Shown here: piece by piece, positions 18,260-27,066 of the stretch | Numbering within the stretch: position 1 is the first letter of the stretch | Layout: each line of letters starts with the position of its first letter | NCBI GenBank assembly: GCA_964398415.1 | Contig: CAYNOM010000002.1 | Location: 4,292-44,068, forward strand | Reading direction: 5' to 3' | Source of the DNA: an uncultured Polyangiales bacterium | GTDB taxonomy: Bacteria; Myxococcota_A; Polyangia; Polyangiales; DASUME01 | Length of the DNA: 39,777 bases | Position numbers and translations under genes: made by a program | The notes under the pieces: model-generated | Seen by the model: the letters and a program-made list of their open reading frames with translations, nothing else | Databases searched by the model: none | What the model was told of the DNA's origin: nothing

Positions 18260-19717
18260 ATGCTCGTGCAATCCCGCTCTGCGGTGTCCGCGCCCACCGT
18301 CGCCTCGCTCGCGGGGACGCGCGCGACCACGCCCGATGCCAGCATCTGGGAGAACTGTCGCGAGGTGGACGTCCCGCTCACCGACATCGAGGGCACGCTG
18401 CCCCCCGATCTCGTGGGCCGACTGTTGCGCAATGGCCCGGCCAAGCGCGACCTCGGCTCGTGCTTCTGGGATGGCGACGCCATGGTGCGCGAGCTGAGCT
18501 TTCAGGCCGGCGGCAAGGCTCGCTACCGTGGCCGCTACATCGAGACCGAGAAGTACTTGGCGGAGAAGCACGCGACGCGGCCCCTGTTTCGCACCGCGGG
18601 CACCCAGCGGCCGGGCGGCATCCTGAGCAACGCCTTTCGCATCCCGGTGAGCGAGCCCAACACGCACCTCTTGCCGTTTGCCGGCAAGTTGCTCGCGCTC
18701 CACGAGGGCGGACATCCCGTCGCGCTCGATCCCGTCACGCTCGCCACGCACGGGCCCTTTCACTTCGACGGCAAGCTCTCGCGGCTCGTCACCTTTGCGG
18801 CCCATCCGCATCGCGATCCGGAGACCTTCGACGTGTTCAACTTTGGTGTGCGCGGTGCTGGTCTGGGGGGGCCTGCCGTGATCGGCTATCGCCTCACGCC
18901 CCAGGGTCGGCTCGTGACGATTGGCGAGCTGCCCCTGCCTTCGATCACGTTCATGCACGACTTCGCCGTCACGCAGAACTGGCTCGTGTTCTTCGTGCCC
19001 CCCGTGTCGTTCAGCATGGCGCGCATGCTGCTTGGCGTCGGCCCGGTGTTCGACGCGTTTCGCTGGCAGAAGGGGCGCGCTGCCCAGGTGCTGATGTTGT
19101 CGAAGGATGGCACGCAGACGCGGCGCTTCGAGATCGAGCCCATGATCCTCGGCCACGTGTCGGCGACGCGCGAGCGGGGGGATGAGGTGGTGGTCGACTT
19201 CGTGCGCGGGCCGACCTGGGACAAGATCGGCAAGGGTCTGTACTCGTACCAAACCGATGGCTTCGATTTCACGGAAGACATGTGCCAGTGGCGCATGCGC
19301 TTCGACACGCGTACCAAGCGCGTGCAGAGCGAGGAGCTCTGTGCGCTGCCCGGCGACTTTCCGCGCGGCAACGAGACGCGCGCGCTGCACGCGAGGCGCT
19401 TCGCTTACCTCGCTGCCAATCCGGCGCCTTCCATGTGTGGTTTCTTTCGCGGCACGCTCAAGCTCGATCTCGACACGGGGCGCGACGAGCTCTTCGACTT
19501 CGGGCAGGGCGCGGTCACCCATGAGCCCATCTTCGTGCCGGCCCGAGGTGCGAGCAGCGAAGATCATGGTTACCTCGTGCAGCTCGTGCACAACAGCGCG
19601 CGGCGCGCGACCGATTGCGTGGTGTTTGATGCCCGTCGCGTCAGCGATGGCCCGGTGTGCACACTGCGTCTGCCGGTCAGCGCTGGCATGACCTTCCATG
19701 GCACCTGGATGGCCTGA
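18260..19717 (+). CDS. Carotenoid oxygenase family (carotenoid/apocarotenoid cleavage dioxygenase, RPE65-like)
   Basis: GGAGGA SD before ATG 18260. Four conserved His contexts (FAAHPH, FMHDFAVT, LGHVSAT, FHGTW). LRNGPA and HEPIFVP motifs. Confidence 0.9.
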   Translation: MLVQSRSAVSAPTVASLAGTRATTPDASIWENCREVDVPLTDIEGTLPPDLVGRLLRNGPAKRDLGSCFWDGDAMVRELSFQAGGKARYRGRYIETEKYLAEKHATRPLFRTAGTQRPGGILSNAFRIPVSEPNTHLLPFAGKLLALHEGGHPVALDPVTLATHGPFHFDGKLSRLVTFAAHPHRDPETFDVFNFGVRGAGLGGPAVIGYRLTPQGRLVTIGELPLPSITFMHDFAVTQNWLVFFVPPVSFSMARMLLGVGPVFDAFRWQKGRAAQVLMLSKDGTQTRRFEIEPMILGHVSATRERGDEVVVDFVRGPTWDKIGKGLYSYQTDGFDFTEDMCQWRMRFDTRTKRVQSEELCALPGDFPRGNETRALHARRFAYLAANPAPSMCGFFRGTLKLDLDTGRDELFDFGQGAVTHEPIFVPARGASSEDHGYLVQLVHNSARRATDCVVFDARRVSDGPVCTLRLPVSAGMTFHGTWMA

Positions 19718-19837
19718 GCGTGGCCTGAGCGCGTACGCGGTTACCTCAGCGGAAAAATGCACGTAGGATGAGCCGTCCGAGGGCCTACCTGGCTCTACAC
19801 GGGCGCCTTGGCTGCTGAACGCCTAGGGGGGAGATCC

Positions 19838-20554
19838 ATGATGCGTTCGACGTGGTGTGGTCTGTCGTGGGTGATGCTGATGGCAGGTGCCGGCTGTGCC
19901 CGTGGCGACGGCGAGACAGGCTCGCGAGGGGTTTACGGCTCCTTCGACGACGACATCGCGGCGGAGGCGGATGCCGGCGCGGATGGGGGCGAGGACAGCG
20001 ACGCAGACGGCCCCTACGCGCAGGGTACGGACGCGGCCACGTCGGGCAGCGATGCGAGCACGGGCGCGTCGGGCTCGGGCAACCAGGCGGCCGGCGAAGA
20101 GCCTGCCGAAAACCCGGACGTGGCTGAGTTTCCCGTCGATCCAAAGCTCGCCTGCGCCGCGCTCTCGAGCTGCTACCAGGCACGCTACGTGGGCGAGCTT
20201 TCGGGGGATGAGTCTGGCGCGCCGCTCGTGGCGACGGGCACGCGCTCGGAGTGGGTGACCGTGCGCGTACGCGAGGACAGTGGCCTGGCGCGCGGCCTCG
20301 ACGTCGTGCTCGAGCTCAAGGGCGAGGTGGGGGCCAACTACGATCTCTTCGTGTACCGTCCCGATGATGCCAGCAGCATGCAATGCACGGGCGAAGCCCA
20401 GGCGAGCGCGCAGCCCGGAGATCGTCCCGAGTCACTTTCGCTCTCCTGGAGAGACAGGTACCTCGGTCGCGACGACACGCGCACGCTGAGTGTGGAGATC
20501 CGGCACGTGGACGGTGACTGCAAGCCCTGGGTTTTGTCGGTCTATCGGCCCTGA
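19838..20554 (+). CDS. Lipoprotein with acidic low-complexity linker and possible PPC-like beta domain
   Basis: ATG 19838 gives MMRSTWCGLSWVMLMAGAGC (lipobox). D/G/A/S-rich linker. The C-terminal WVTVRVRED...LDVVLELKGEVGANYDLFVYRPDD is reminiscent of pre-peptidase C-terminal domains (weak). Confidence 0.6.
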   Translation: MMRSTWCGLSWVMLMAGAGCARGDGETGSRGVYGSFDDDIAAEADAGADGGEDSDADGPYAQGTDAATSGSDASTGASGSGNQAAGEEPAENPDVAEFPVDPKLACAALSSCYQARYVGELSGDESGAPLVATGTRSEWVTVRVREDSGLARGLDVVLELKGEVGANYDLFVYRPDDASSMQCTGEAQASAQPGDRPESLSLSWRDRYLGRDDTRTLSVEIRHVDGDCKPWVLSVYRP

Positions 20555-20600
20555 CGCGCTCGGCCCACCCAAGGCTGCGAGCCTCTGCTACAGCTCGGCC

Positions 20601-21344
20601 ATGACGCTGCGAGTGGCGATCTTCGGCGCGACCTCGGCCATCGCGGGTGATGTGGCGCGCCTGTATCACGCACGTGGCGCAAGGCTCGTGCTCGTGGGCA
20701 GAAATGCCGACAAGCTCGCGCGGCTCGCGGCCGAGCTCAAGGGCTCCGTCGTAGCCACGATCGTGCAGGACTTCGACCGCACCGACGAGGCCGAGGCCTG
20801 CGTGCGTGGGGCGGTGACGGCGCTCGGCGAGATCGACGTGGCCTTGATCGCCCACGGCTTGCTCGGAGATCAGCTGGCGAGTGAACGGCAGGTGCCGGTC
20901 GCCATGCAGACGCTGCACACCAACGCCCTGAGCGTCGTGGCACTGCTCGTGCCGCTTTCGAATCAGCTCGAGGCGCAGCGCGGGGGCCACCTCGCCGTGA
21001 TGTCGTCGGTGGCCGCCGAGCGCGGCCGCCCTCGCAACTACACCTATGCGGCAGCCAAAGCGGCGCTCAACGTGTATCTGCAGGGCGTGCGCAGTCGCCT
21101 GGTTGCAGCAGGCGTCGAGGTGCACACCTTGAAGCTCGGTCCCGTCGATACGCCGATGACGCACAACCACGAGAAGAACGCCGTGTTCGCGCGTTCGCCC
21201 GACGTGGCCCGGGCCATCGTGCGCGCGATCGACCGCGGCGTCGACGAGGTCTACGTGCCCGGTTTCTGGCGTCTGATCATGTTTTTCGTGCGCCACATGC
21301 CCGAGGCCGTGTTTCAGCGCCTCGCATTTCTCTCGGGTCGCTGA
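20601..21344 (+). CDS. Short-chain dehydrogenase/reductase (SDR)
   Basis: Internal ATG 20601. Cofactor motif IFGATSAIAG. Catalytic Ser (MSSVAA) and YTYAAAK (YxxxK). Confidence 0.9.
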   Translation: MTLRVAIFGATSAIAGDVARLYHARGARLVLVGRNADKLARLAAELKGSVVATIVQDFDRTDEAEACVRGAVTALGEIDVALIAHGLLGDQLASERQVPVAMQTLHTNALSVVALLVPLSNQLEAQRGGHLAVMSSVAAERGRPRNYTYAAAKAALNVYLQGVRSRLVAAGVEVHTLKLGPVDTPMTHNHEKNAVFARSPDVARAIVRAIDRGVDEVYVPGFWRLIMFFVRHMPEAVFQRLAFLSGR

Positions 21345-21354
21345 CGCGCGCGTC

Positions 21355-21762
21355 TCACGCGGGGAAATCGCGACGCAGCTGCTCGGCGAGGGCGCGGCAC
21401 ACGTCGACGGTGGTGAGCACGCCGACCACGTGACGTCGATCGAGCACCACGGCGCAGCCGTATTTGTGCTCGGCCATTTCGTACACGACCTCGTCCATCG
21501 GTGCGTCGGGCGAGACGGTGTACGGCATGGGCGTCATGGCTTCTTCGACCCTGACTTCCTCGGGGTCGACGTCCTTGAGCGACTCGACGAGGTGCAGATC
21601 ACGGTCGGTGACCACGCCGAGCAGCTTGCCCGCCTCGAGCACGGGCAGGTGGCGGATCTTGTTCTTCGACATCATCGCATGCGCCTGCGCGAGCGGCTGA
21701 TCGATCCCGATCGTGTGAGGGCTGGTGCTCATGTACTTCTGAACGGTAGGCATGCCCTTCAT
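21355..21762 (-). CDS. CBS domain pair protein
   Basis: Internal ATG 21762 (MKGMPTVQKYMSTSPHTI). Two CBS repeats (HLPVLEAGKLLGVVTDRDL; GCAVVLDRRHVVGVLTTVDV). Confidence 0.85.
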   Translation of the reverse strand: MKGMPTVQKYMSTSPHTIGIDQPLAQAHAMMSKNKIRHLPVLEAGKLLGVVTDRDLHLVESLKDVDPEEVRVEEAMTPMPYTVSPDAPMDEVVYEMAEHKYGCAVVLDRRHVVGVLTTVDVCRALAEQLRRDFPA

Positions 21763-21854
21763 GACGCACTCTCTTTCCACTACGCGAATTTCCCCGCGTT
21801 GGGATAGGTATGCCCCACCTCTTTGCGCGCAACCGGTCTCGAGGCGCTGCGCGC

Positions 21855-22457
21855 CTATGCAGTCAGTCGCTCGAGCCCTTCGGACAGGCGTTGCACGGCG
21901 CTGCCCAAGAAGTAGTGGTTGAGCCCATGCAGCATCTCGAGGCGCGTCTTTTCGCGCGCGCCGAAGGTGCGCTTGAGCCACTCCGCGGGGACGAGCTCAT
22001 CGTGGGCACCGGCGATCACGCGTAGCTCGCCGGAGTAGTCCGCGAGGGCCTTGTCATCGAACAGCGGCATGGCCGGCGCGACGAGCAGCGCTGCAGGCAC
22101 GGCGAGCTTCACCGCGGCGCCGAGGGCGGCGATCGCACCGAAGGAGTAGCCGGTCACCCAGTGCAGGGGCATGTCGAGCGCCTTGGCGGCGGCGAGGTAG
22201 TCTTCGAGGGCCTCGTCGCGATCTTCGCTCGGTGTGCCGTCGCTGTCCCCCACGCCGCGCCAGTTGAACGCGAGCGTGCTCAGCCCCAGCACGGCCATGC
22301 GTGTCTCAAGGGCGCGCACCACGGGGTTGCCGATGCTCCCTCCGTAGACAGGGTGCGGAGGGGCGATGATCGCCCCCGCGTCGCCGTGCTTCCACAGGCG
22401 ACCTTCGAGGGTCAGTCCGTCTCGGACGGGGATGCGGAGCGTGGTCGGCGCGGCCAT
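21855..22457 (-). CDS. Alpha/beta hydrolase fold protein
   Basis: Nucleophile elbow GYSFGA. ~200 aa with HPVYGGS and a late His (LHGLNHYF). Confidence 0.75.
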   Translation of the reverse strand: MAAPTTLRIPVRDGLTLEGRLWKHGDAGAIIAPPHPVYGGSIGNPVVRALETRMAVLGLSTLAFNWRGVGDSDGTPSEDRDEALEDYLAAAKALDMPLHWVTGYSFGAIAALGAAVKLAVPAALLVAPAMPLFDDKALADYSGELRVIAGAHDELVPAEWLKRTFGAREKTRLEMLHGLNHYFLGSAVQRLSEGLERLTA

Positions 22458-22558
22458 CTTCCGAGTGTCGATGGCGCGCTTGTCCTGCGCAAGCCCAGGG
22501 TGTGCGGCAACCCCATTGCCGAAAAGCGCTCGGCCGGCGTAGGGTCCAGGGCTTGGAC

Positions 22559-23317
22559 GTGTCGAGAGCCCAGCTTTGCGGCGTGTCGTGCGTAGCGCTG
22601 TTGTTAGGTGGTTGTCAGACGACGATCGCGCTCGGCTCCGATTGTCCGCCGCTAGGCGCCATCTGCGACACGCGCGGAGGATCGAACGGCGGTGGCGTGC
22701 GCGATGCGGGCGTGGAACCCCCTCGCGACGCGGCGCTGCCCGATGGGGGCCCGACCGGGCCCGAGGCTGGTCCCCTCGACGCGGGCTCGGATGCGGCGGT
22801 CGAGCTCATCGACAACGGGTCCTTCGAGATCACCTCGGGCGACGGGGGACCCGTCGGTATCACGTGGCCCACGCGCATCGACCCATGGGGCGTGTGCGCG
22901 GGCGAGGTCGTCGCGGGCCCCGAAGCCGATCAGGGAAGCGCCCTCGACGGCGAGGGCAACCCTACGGATGGCGCGAGCTTCGTGAGCCTGTCCTTCGGAC
23001 TGACCGGGCCAGGCACGCTGTCGGTGCAGCTCAACGCACCGCTCGAGGCGGGACGCGAGTACGCGCTCGCGGTGGACGTGGCGCGGGCGCGCAATGCACC
23101 CACGCTCTCGTCCTTGAGCATCTCGGGCTCGACCTTTGCGTGCGCGGCAGGCGCCGAGCTGCTCTCCGCGGAGCCGCTCGACACCAGCTTTCAGACCTTC
23201 TGCATGCCGTTCACGCCTTCGACGACCTTCAGCGGCCTCGTCGTGCAGGCCCAGCCCTCGTCTTTCGGCGTTCGGGTGTTCGTCGACAACCTGCGCTTCG
23301 TCGACGCCTGCCCCTGA
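22559..23317 (+). CDS. Secreted lipoprotein, hypothetical
   Basis: Lipobox CVALLLGGC. Start is uncertain: GTG 22559 preferred, since it gives a 19-aa signal peptide, while the ORF begins at GTG 22502. NGSFE-containing beta-rich C-terminal region. Confidence 0.55.
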   Translation: MSRAQLCGVSCVALLLGGCQTTIALGSDCPPLGAICDTRGGSNGGGVRDAGVEPPRDAALPDGGPTGPEAGPLDAGSDAAVELIDNGSFEITSGDGGPVGITWPTRIDPWGVCAGEVVAGPEADQGSALDGEGNPTDGASFVSLSFGLTGPGTLSVQLNAPLEAGREYALAVDVARARNAPTLSSLSISGSTFACAAGAELLSAEPLDTSFQTFCMPFTPSTTFSGLVVQAQPSSFGVRVFVDNLRFVDACP

Positions 23318-23319
23318 GC

Positions 23320-23336
23320 TCGAGCGCTGCGCTCGA
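23320..23336. terminator. Short GC-rich hairpin between convergent lipoprotein genes (possible bidirectional terminator)
   Basis: tcgagcg-ctg-cgctcga forms a 7-bp perfect stem with a 3-nt loop, in the 23-nt gap between stops at 23317 (+) and 23341 (-). No T-tract. Confidence 0.25.
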
Positions 23337-23340
23337 TGGC

Positions 23341-24051
23341 TCAGCCGCCCGCGTCGCCCATGCCCGCGTCGCCCATGCCCGCGTCGCCCATGCCCGCGTC
23401 GCCCATGGTGCTGGCATCCATGCCCGCGTCGTCGGGTGTCAATCCTTGGCGTGGCAAGCAATAGCGGGCGAGAAAGCCTGACGGAATGGGAAACTGCGCT
23501 CCGAGACCCGCTGCGTCGACGATGGTTTGGCACCGGTAGCCGTCGCGACAGGTGCTGTTGGATGCGCACAAGCGCAGGCACTGCGACGGGAACTGGCTCG
23601 CGTCGATGGCGGGCGCGCCCATTTGCGCGAGGATGGGCTCGAGGTCCTTGAGCAGCTCCGTGACGCCACATTCGGCGGTTCCGCCGCACTGCGCGCTCGC
23701 GGTGCAGTTGGCGGTGCAATAGCCGCCTGGGAAGTTGATCTCGCGTGATGCCATGGGCGCGCCGCCGGGAGGCCCTCCCGCAGGCAGCTCGAGCATGGTC
23801 ATGCAGACGGGGCTTGGGCCCTCGCAATCGGACTCTGTCTCGCAGGCGTCGCCAGTGTTCAGTACGAGGGGCTCGAGGGGCATCGCGGCGTCGACGTCCT
23901 GAGTGCGCCCCGCGTCGATACCTGCGTCCATGTTGGCGGGCTTTTCGGTCTTGGGGTCGTCGCTGCAGCCAGGCAGCCAAGCAGCCAAGCTGAGCAGACA
24001 ACCCAGCAAGCGCCCAGAGCGGCGCCAAGAGTGGCTAAGGCGTCGAGACAT
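23341..24051 (-). CDS. Cys-rich lipoprotein with C-terminal (MGDAG)n repeat
   Basis: GAGGAG SD. Lipobox AAWLPGCS. Cys-rich body. The C-terminus ...DDAGMDASTMGDAGMGDAGMGDAGMGDAGG is encoded by the 15-bp tandem repeat. Confidence 0.65.
   Translation of the reverse strand: MSRRLSHSWRRSGRLLGCLLSLAAWLPGCSDDPKTEKPANMDAGIDAGRTQDVDAAMPLEPLVLNTGDACETESDCEGPSPVCMTMLELPAGGPPGGAPMASREINFPGGYCTANCTASAQCGGTAECGVTELLKDLEPILAQMGAPAIDASQFPSQCLRLCASNSTCRDGYRCQTIVDAAGLGAQFPIPSGFLARYCLPRQGLTPDDAGMDASTMGDAGMGDAGMGDAGMGDAGG
23347..23436. repeat. 15-bp tandem repeat (gcccgcgtcgcccat): 4 perfect copies plus 2 degenerate copies, in-frame in a CDS
   Basis: Perfect units at 23347-23361, 23362-23376, 23377-23391 and 23392-23406, followed by ggtgctggcatccat and gcccgcgtcgtcggg. 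The minus strand encodes MGDAG repeats. Confidence 0.95.
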
Positions 24052-24170
24052 CCGGAGCTCCTCGTGAAGAATGCGTCCTTCGCTCTAATGGAGTTGTTCG
24101 CCGATTTCAAACGAACTCAGCATGGGCAGCGCGTGCTGGGCGCGTTCGAGCAGGTCTGCGATACTCGGGC

Positions 24171-25070
24171 ATGCCCGTTTCGCGTCATGTGTGCATGCTC
24201 GTCGCTCCCGTGCTGCTTTCGGCGCTGTCGGCCTGCGGCTCCATCTCGAATGCGAAAACGAGTGCGCAGGAGCTCGGGGCTCCGTTCGTGTCTCGCGAAC
24301 AATTTGTAGCGGCGCGCGCGACGGGGGCGCTCGTGCTCGATGCGCGGGCCACCTCCGACTACGCAGGGGGCCACATCGCCGGCGCCGTGAGCGCACCGTG
24401 GCAAGCTTTCGTCGAGGGTGAGAAGAGCGGGCTGTTGGCCCCGACAAGGGCGCTCGAGCGGTTGCTACGCGAGCGCGGTGTATCCGCCGAACGCGCGGTG
24501 CTCGTCTACGGCGCCTGGGATGACGCGTGGGGCGAAGAGGGCCGCCTGTTCTGGATGCTCGAGTATCTCGGCCATCGCGACGTGCGCATTCTGGAGGGTG
24601 GCTACGGCGCGTGGCGCGCAGAGGGCCTTGCGACGGATGTCGAAGTGGTTCGGCCGCGGCAGGGTGACTTCGTGGCCCGCCCGCGGGCTGAGCTGCGCGC
24701 GCTCGCCGACGACGTGAAGCGTGCGATCGAAGCCGGTGACGCCGTGATCCTCGACACGCGCACGCTCCCCGAATACATGGGCGTCACTTCGTTCGGCGAG
24801 GCGCGCGGGGGCCACATCCCGAAGGCCGTGCACTTCGCGTGGTCGAACGTGTTCGATAGCCAGGGCGCGCTGCGCGCAAAGCACGATCTCGAGGCGCAGC
24901 TCAAACAGCTCGGCATCGGCCCAGATACCCAGGTCATCGCCTACTGCACGGGCGGCATTCGCTCGGGCTTTCTATACGCCATCTTGCGTTGGCTCGGGCA
25001 CCCGCACGCGCGAAACTACGATGGATCCTACTGGGAGTGGGCGCGCCTTCAGGAGCTGCCGGTGGAGTAG
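24171..25070 (+). CDS. Two-domain rhodanese sulfurtransferase, lipoprotein
   Basis: Lipobox LLSALSACGS. Two rhodanese repeats. Catalytic loop IAYCTGGIRSG in the second repeat. Confidence 0.85.
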   Translation: MPVSRHVCMLVAPVLLSALSACGSISNAKTSAQELGAPFVSREQFVAARATGALVLDARATSDYAGGHIAGAVSAPWQAFVEGEKSGLLAPTRALERLLRERGVSAERAVLVYGAWDDAWGEEGRLFWMLEYLGHRDVRILEGGYGAWRAEGLATDVEVVRPRQGDFVARPRAELRALADDVKRAIEAGDAVILDTRTLPEYMGVTSFGEARGGHIPKAVHFAWSNVFDSQGALRAKHDLEAQLKQLGIGPDTQVIAYCTGGIRSGFLYAILRWLGHPHARNYDGSYWEWARLQELPVE

Positions 25071-25098
25071 CCCAACGCAGCCAACGTGATGCATCGAC

Positions 25099-25698
25099 AT
25101 GGCTCGGCGCGGGAGTAAGCTGCGGCCCTTGCTTGCCGAGGACTCCGTGGGCGCGCACGTCTACCCATTGCCGTTCGATGACACCGAGCACGCCGAGTTG
25201 CAGCGCGCCCTGGGGTGTCGATCCGTGGATGCTTTGCTCGGGTTCATGACCGCGCTCGTGAGCTTGCCCGAGGTGATCCCCACGGGAGCCTGGCTCGGCG
25301 AGCTGCTCAAGGACGCAGACCTCTCCGATGGGCCGCACATCGAGCGCGTCGCTTCGCACCTCGCGCGGCTCAACAACTTGATCGCGAGCGCGCTGAGCTT
25401 CTCCGAGATCGAGCGCTTCTGTCCGGCTGCGAGCGATGAGCCAGCCTGTCGTGCTTGGGCCCAGGGCTATCTCGACGTCATCGATCAGATCGACCTCGAG
25501 GGTGAGAGTGATGAGGTCCACGAGGACGTGGTGGCGCTGTCGTCGGTGGCGTTGCGCGTCGACGACGCGTTGCTCGCGCCCGAGCTCGAGGGCATGACGC
25601 CCGAGGCCTATCGTGCGGCGAGTCGCAAGGAGCTCGCGGCCATCGCCGCAGAGCTGCACCAGACGTGGCACAAGCGGCGCGCCGGACGGCGTCGCTAA
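25099..25698 (+). CDS. UPF0149 (YecA/YgfB N-terminal-like) family protein
   Basis: Pattern LLGFMTALVSLPEVIPTGAWLGELL...CRAWAQGYL resembles UPF0149 from memory. Coding-like GC3. Confidence 0.6.
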   Translation: MARRGSKLRPLLAEDSVGAHVYPLPFDDTEHAELQRALGCRSVDALLGFMTALVSLPEVIPTGAWLGELLKDADLSDGPHIERVASHLARLNNLIASALSFSEIERFCPAASDEPACRAWAQGYLDVIDQIDLEGESDEVHEDVVALSSVALRVDDALLAPELEGMTPEAYRAASRKELAAIAAELHQTWHKRRAGRRR

Positions 25699-25768
25699 AT
25701 CCGCTTCGTGCTTGGTTGGCGCGAGATCCCTCGATAAGGTGATCCGAGGGACAGGGCCAAGGGGGACG

Positions 25769-27061
25769 ATGGTGGCAGAGCGAGCCGACGAGGAGCTGTT
25801 GCCGGGACGGGCGGCAGAGCCCGATCGCTTCGAATTCCGGGGCGAGATCGCCTGCGGGGGCATGGGCAGCATCTACGACGTCGTCGATCGCACCTTGCGT
25901 CGCCGCCTGGCCATGAAGGTGCTGCATCCGCTGATGGCGGGCAGCGCCACCGAGCTCAACACCTTCGTGCGCGAGGCGCGACGCACGGCCAAGCTCGAGC
26001 ACCCGAGCATCGTGCCCGTGCACGACCTCTTCGCCGATCAGGCGAGCGAGAGCGCTTCGTTCGTGATGAAGTTCGTCGAGGGCGAGACCCTCTCGGCGTG
26101 GATTCAGCGCGAAGGGACGGCCGGCGGGATCCGCGGGCGCACGCTGGAGCGCGCGCTGCAGATCATCACCAAGGTGTGTGATGCCGTCGAGTTCGCCCAC
26201 AGTCGCGAGGTCTTGCACCTCGATTTGAAGCCCGACAACGTGATGATCGGCGAGCACGGCGAGGTGTACCTGATGGATTGGGGCATCTCCGTCGACTGCG
26301 AGCGCAACGCCGAAGGGCGGCTCGTGCCCCGCCTCGAGCGGCCCGGGGCGCGCGGCACACTCAGCCACATGGCGCCCGAGCAGCTCGACATGCTGCTGGC
26401 GCGCGTCGATGAGCGCGCCGACATCTACGGCCTCGGCGGGCTGCTCTACGAGGTGCTCACGGGTCGGGCGCCGTTCGTGCCCACTGGAGCTCCCGAAGAC
26501 CTCTTGCGTCTGCGCGAGCATCGGGTGCCGGCGCCCGAGGACGTGGCTCCGAGCCACGCCCTGCCGCCCGGCCTCGTGGCCATCGCCATGCGCTGTCTCG
26601 CCTTCGAGCGCGACGCGCGCTACCCGAGCGTGGGCGCGCTCAAGGTCGACCTCGAGAGCTTTCTGCGCGGCGGTGGCTGGTTTCAGACGAAGGCCTTCGC
26701 CGCCTCGGAAGACTTGGTGCGGGAGGGAGAGAAGGGCGACGCCGCCTACATTCTCGTCGAGGGCGAGTGCGACATCATCAAGGGCCACGGCGAGCACGCG
26801 CGCGTGGTGGGGCGCATCGGAGCGGGCGAAATCACCGGCGAGACCGCCTTGCTCGCGACAGGCACTCGCACCGCAACCGTGCGTGCGGTGACTTTCGTGC
26901 GGGTGCTCGTGGTGACGCGCGAGACGCTGGAGCGCGAGCTCGAGGGGCGCGGCTGGCTCGAAACCCTGGTACGCGCCCTGGCGCGCCGCTTCGCCGAGGC
27001 AGACAACGAGCGCACGAACCTGCGCGAGCAGCTCAGGCAACGTGGCTCGATCCCAGGCTAG
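25769..27061 (+). CDS. Ser/Thr protein kinase fused to a C-terminal cyclic-nucleotide-binding domain
   Basis: Internal ATG 25769 after AAGGGGGA. GGMGSIYDV, AMKVL, HLDLKPDNVMI, MDWGIS, HMAPEQ. The C-terminal cNMP-like region reads FAASEDLVREGEKGDAAYILVEGEC...GEITGETALL...RTATVRA. Confidence 0.9.
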   Translation: MVAERADEELLPGRAAEPDRFEFRGEIACGGMGSIYDVVDRTLRRRLAMKVLHPLMAGSATELNTFVREARRTAKLEHPSIVPVHDLFADQASESASFVMKFVEGETLSAWIQREGTAGGIRGRTLERALQIITKVCDAVEFAHSREVLHLDLKPDNVMIGEHGEVYLMDWGISVDCERNAEGRLVPRLERPGARGTLSHMAPEQLDMLLARVDERADIYGLGGLLYEVLTGRAPFVPTGAPEDLLRLREHRVPAPEDVAPSHALPPGLVAIAMRCLAFERDARYPSVGALKVDLESFLRGGGWFQTKAFAASEDLVREGEKGDAAYILVEGECDIIKGHGEHARVVGRIGAGEITGETALLATGTRTATVRAVTFVRVLVVTRETLERELEGRGWLETLVRALARRFAEADNERTNLREQLRQRGSIPG

Positions 27062-27066
27062 GCACC

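Noticed and set aside
18074-19762. 562-aa minus-strand ORF, one of the longest in the track
   Set aside because: It lies entirely antisense to the well-supported carotenoid oxygenase gene. The product is Arg/His/Ala/Gly-rich with no recognisable motif. This is a typical shadow ORF of high-GC DNA.
23347-23436. Could the 15-bp repeats be a CRISPR array?
   Set aside because: The units are contiguous with no spacers, only 15 bp long, and read in-frame as a peptide repeat inside a CDS. No cas genes are present in the window.
22576-24028. Overlapping 301-aa (+) and 458-aa (-) ORFs with poly-Arg and ARVAH / RRPCP repeats
   Set aside because: They are alternative frames of the two lipoprotein genes. 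Their repeats are simply the 15-bp tandem repeat read in other frames. Composition is extremely Arg-rich.
25478-27040. 520-aa minus-strand ORF
   Set aside because: It is antisense to the kinase/cNMP-binding gene, which shows all the Hanks motifs. No motifs are recognisable in the antisense product.
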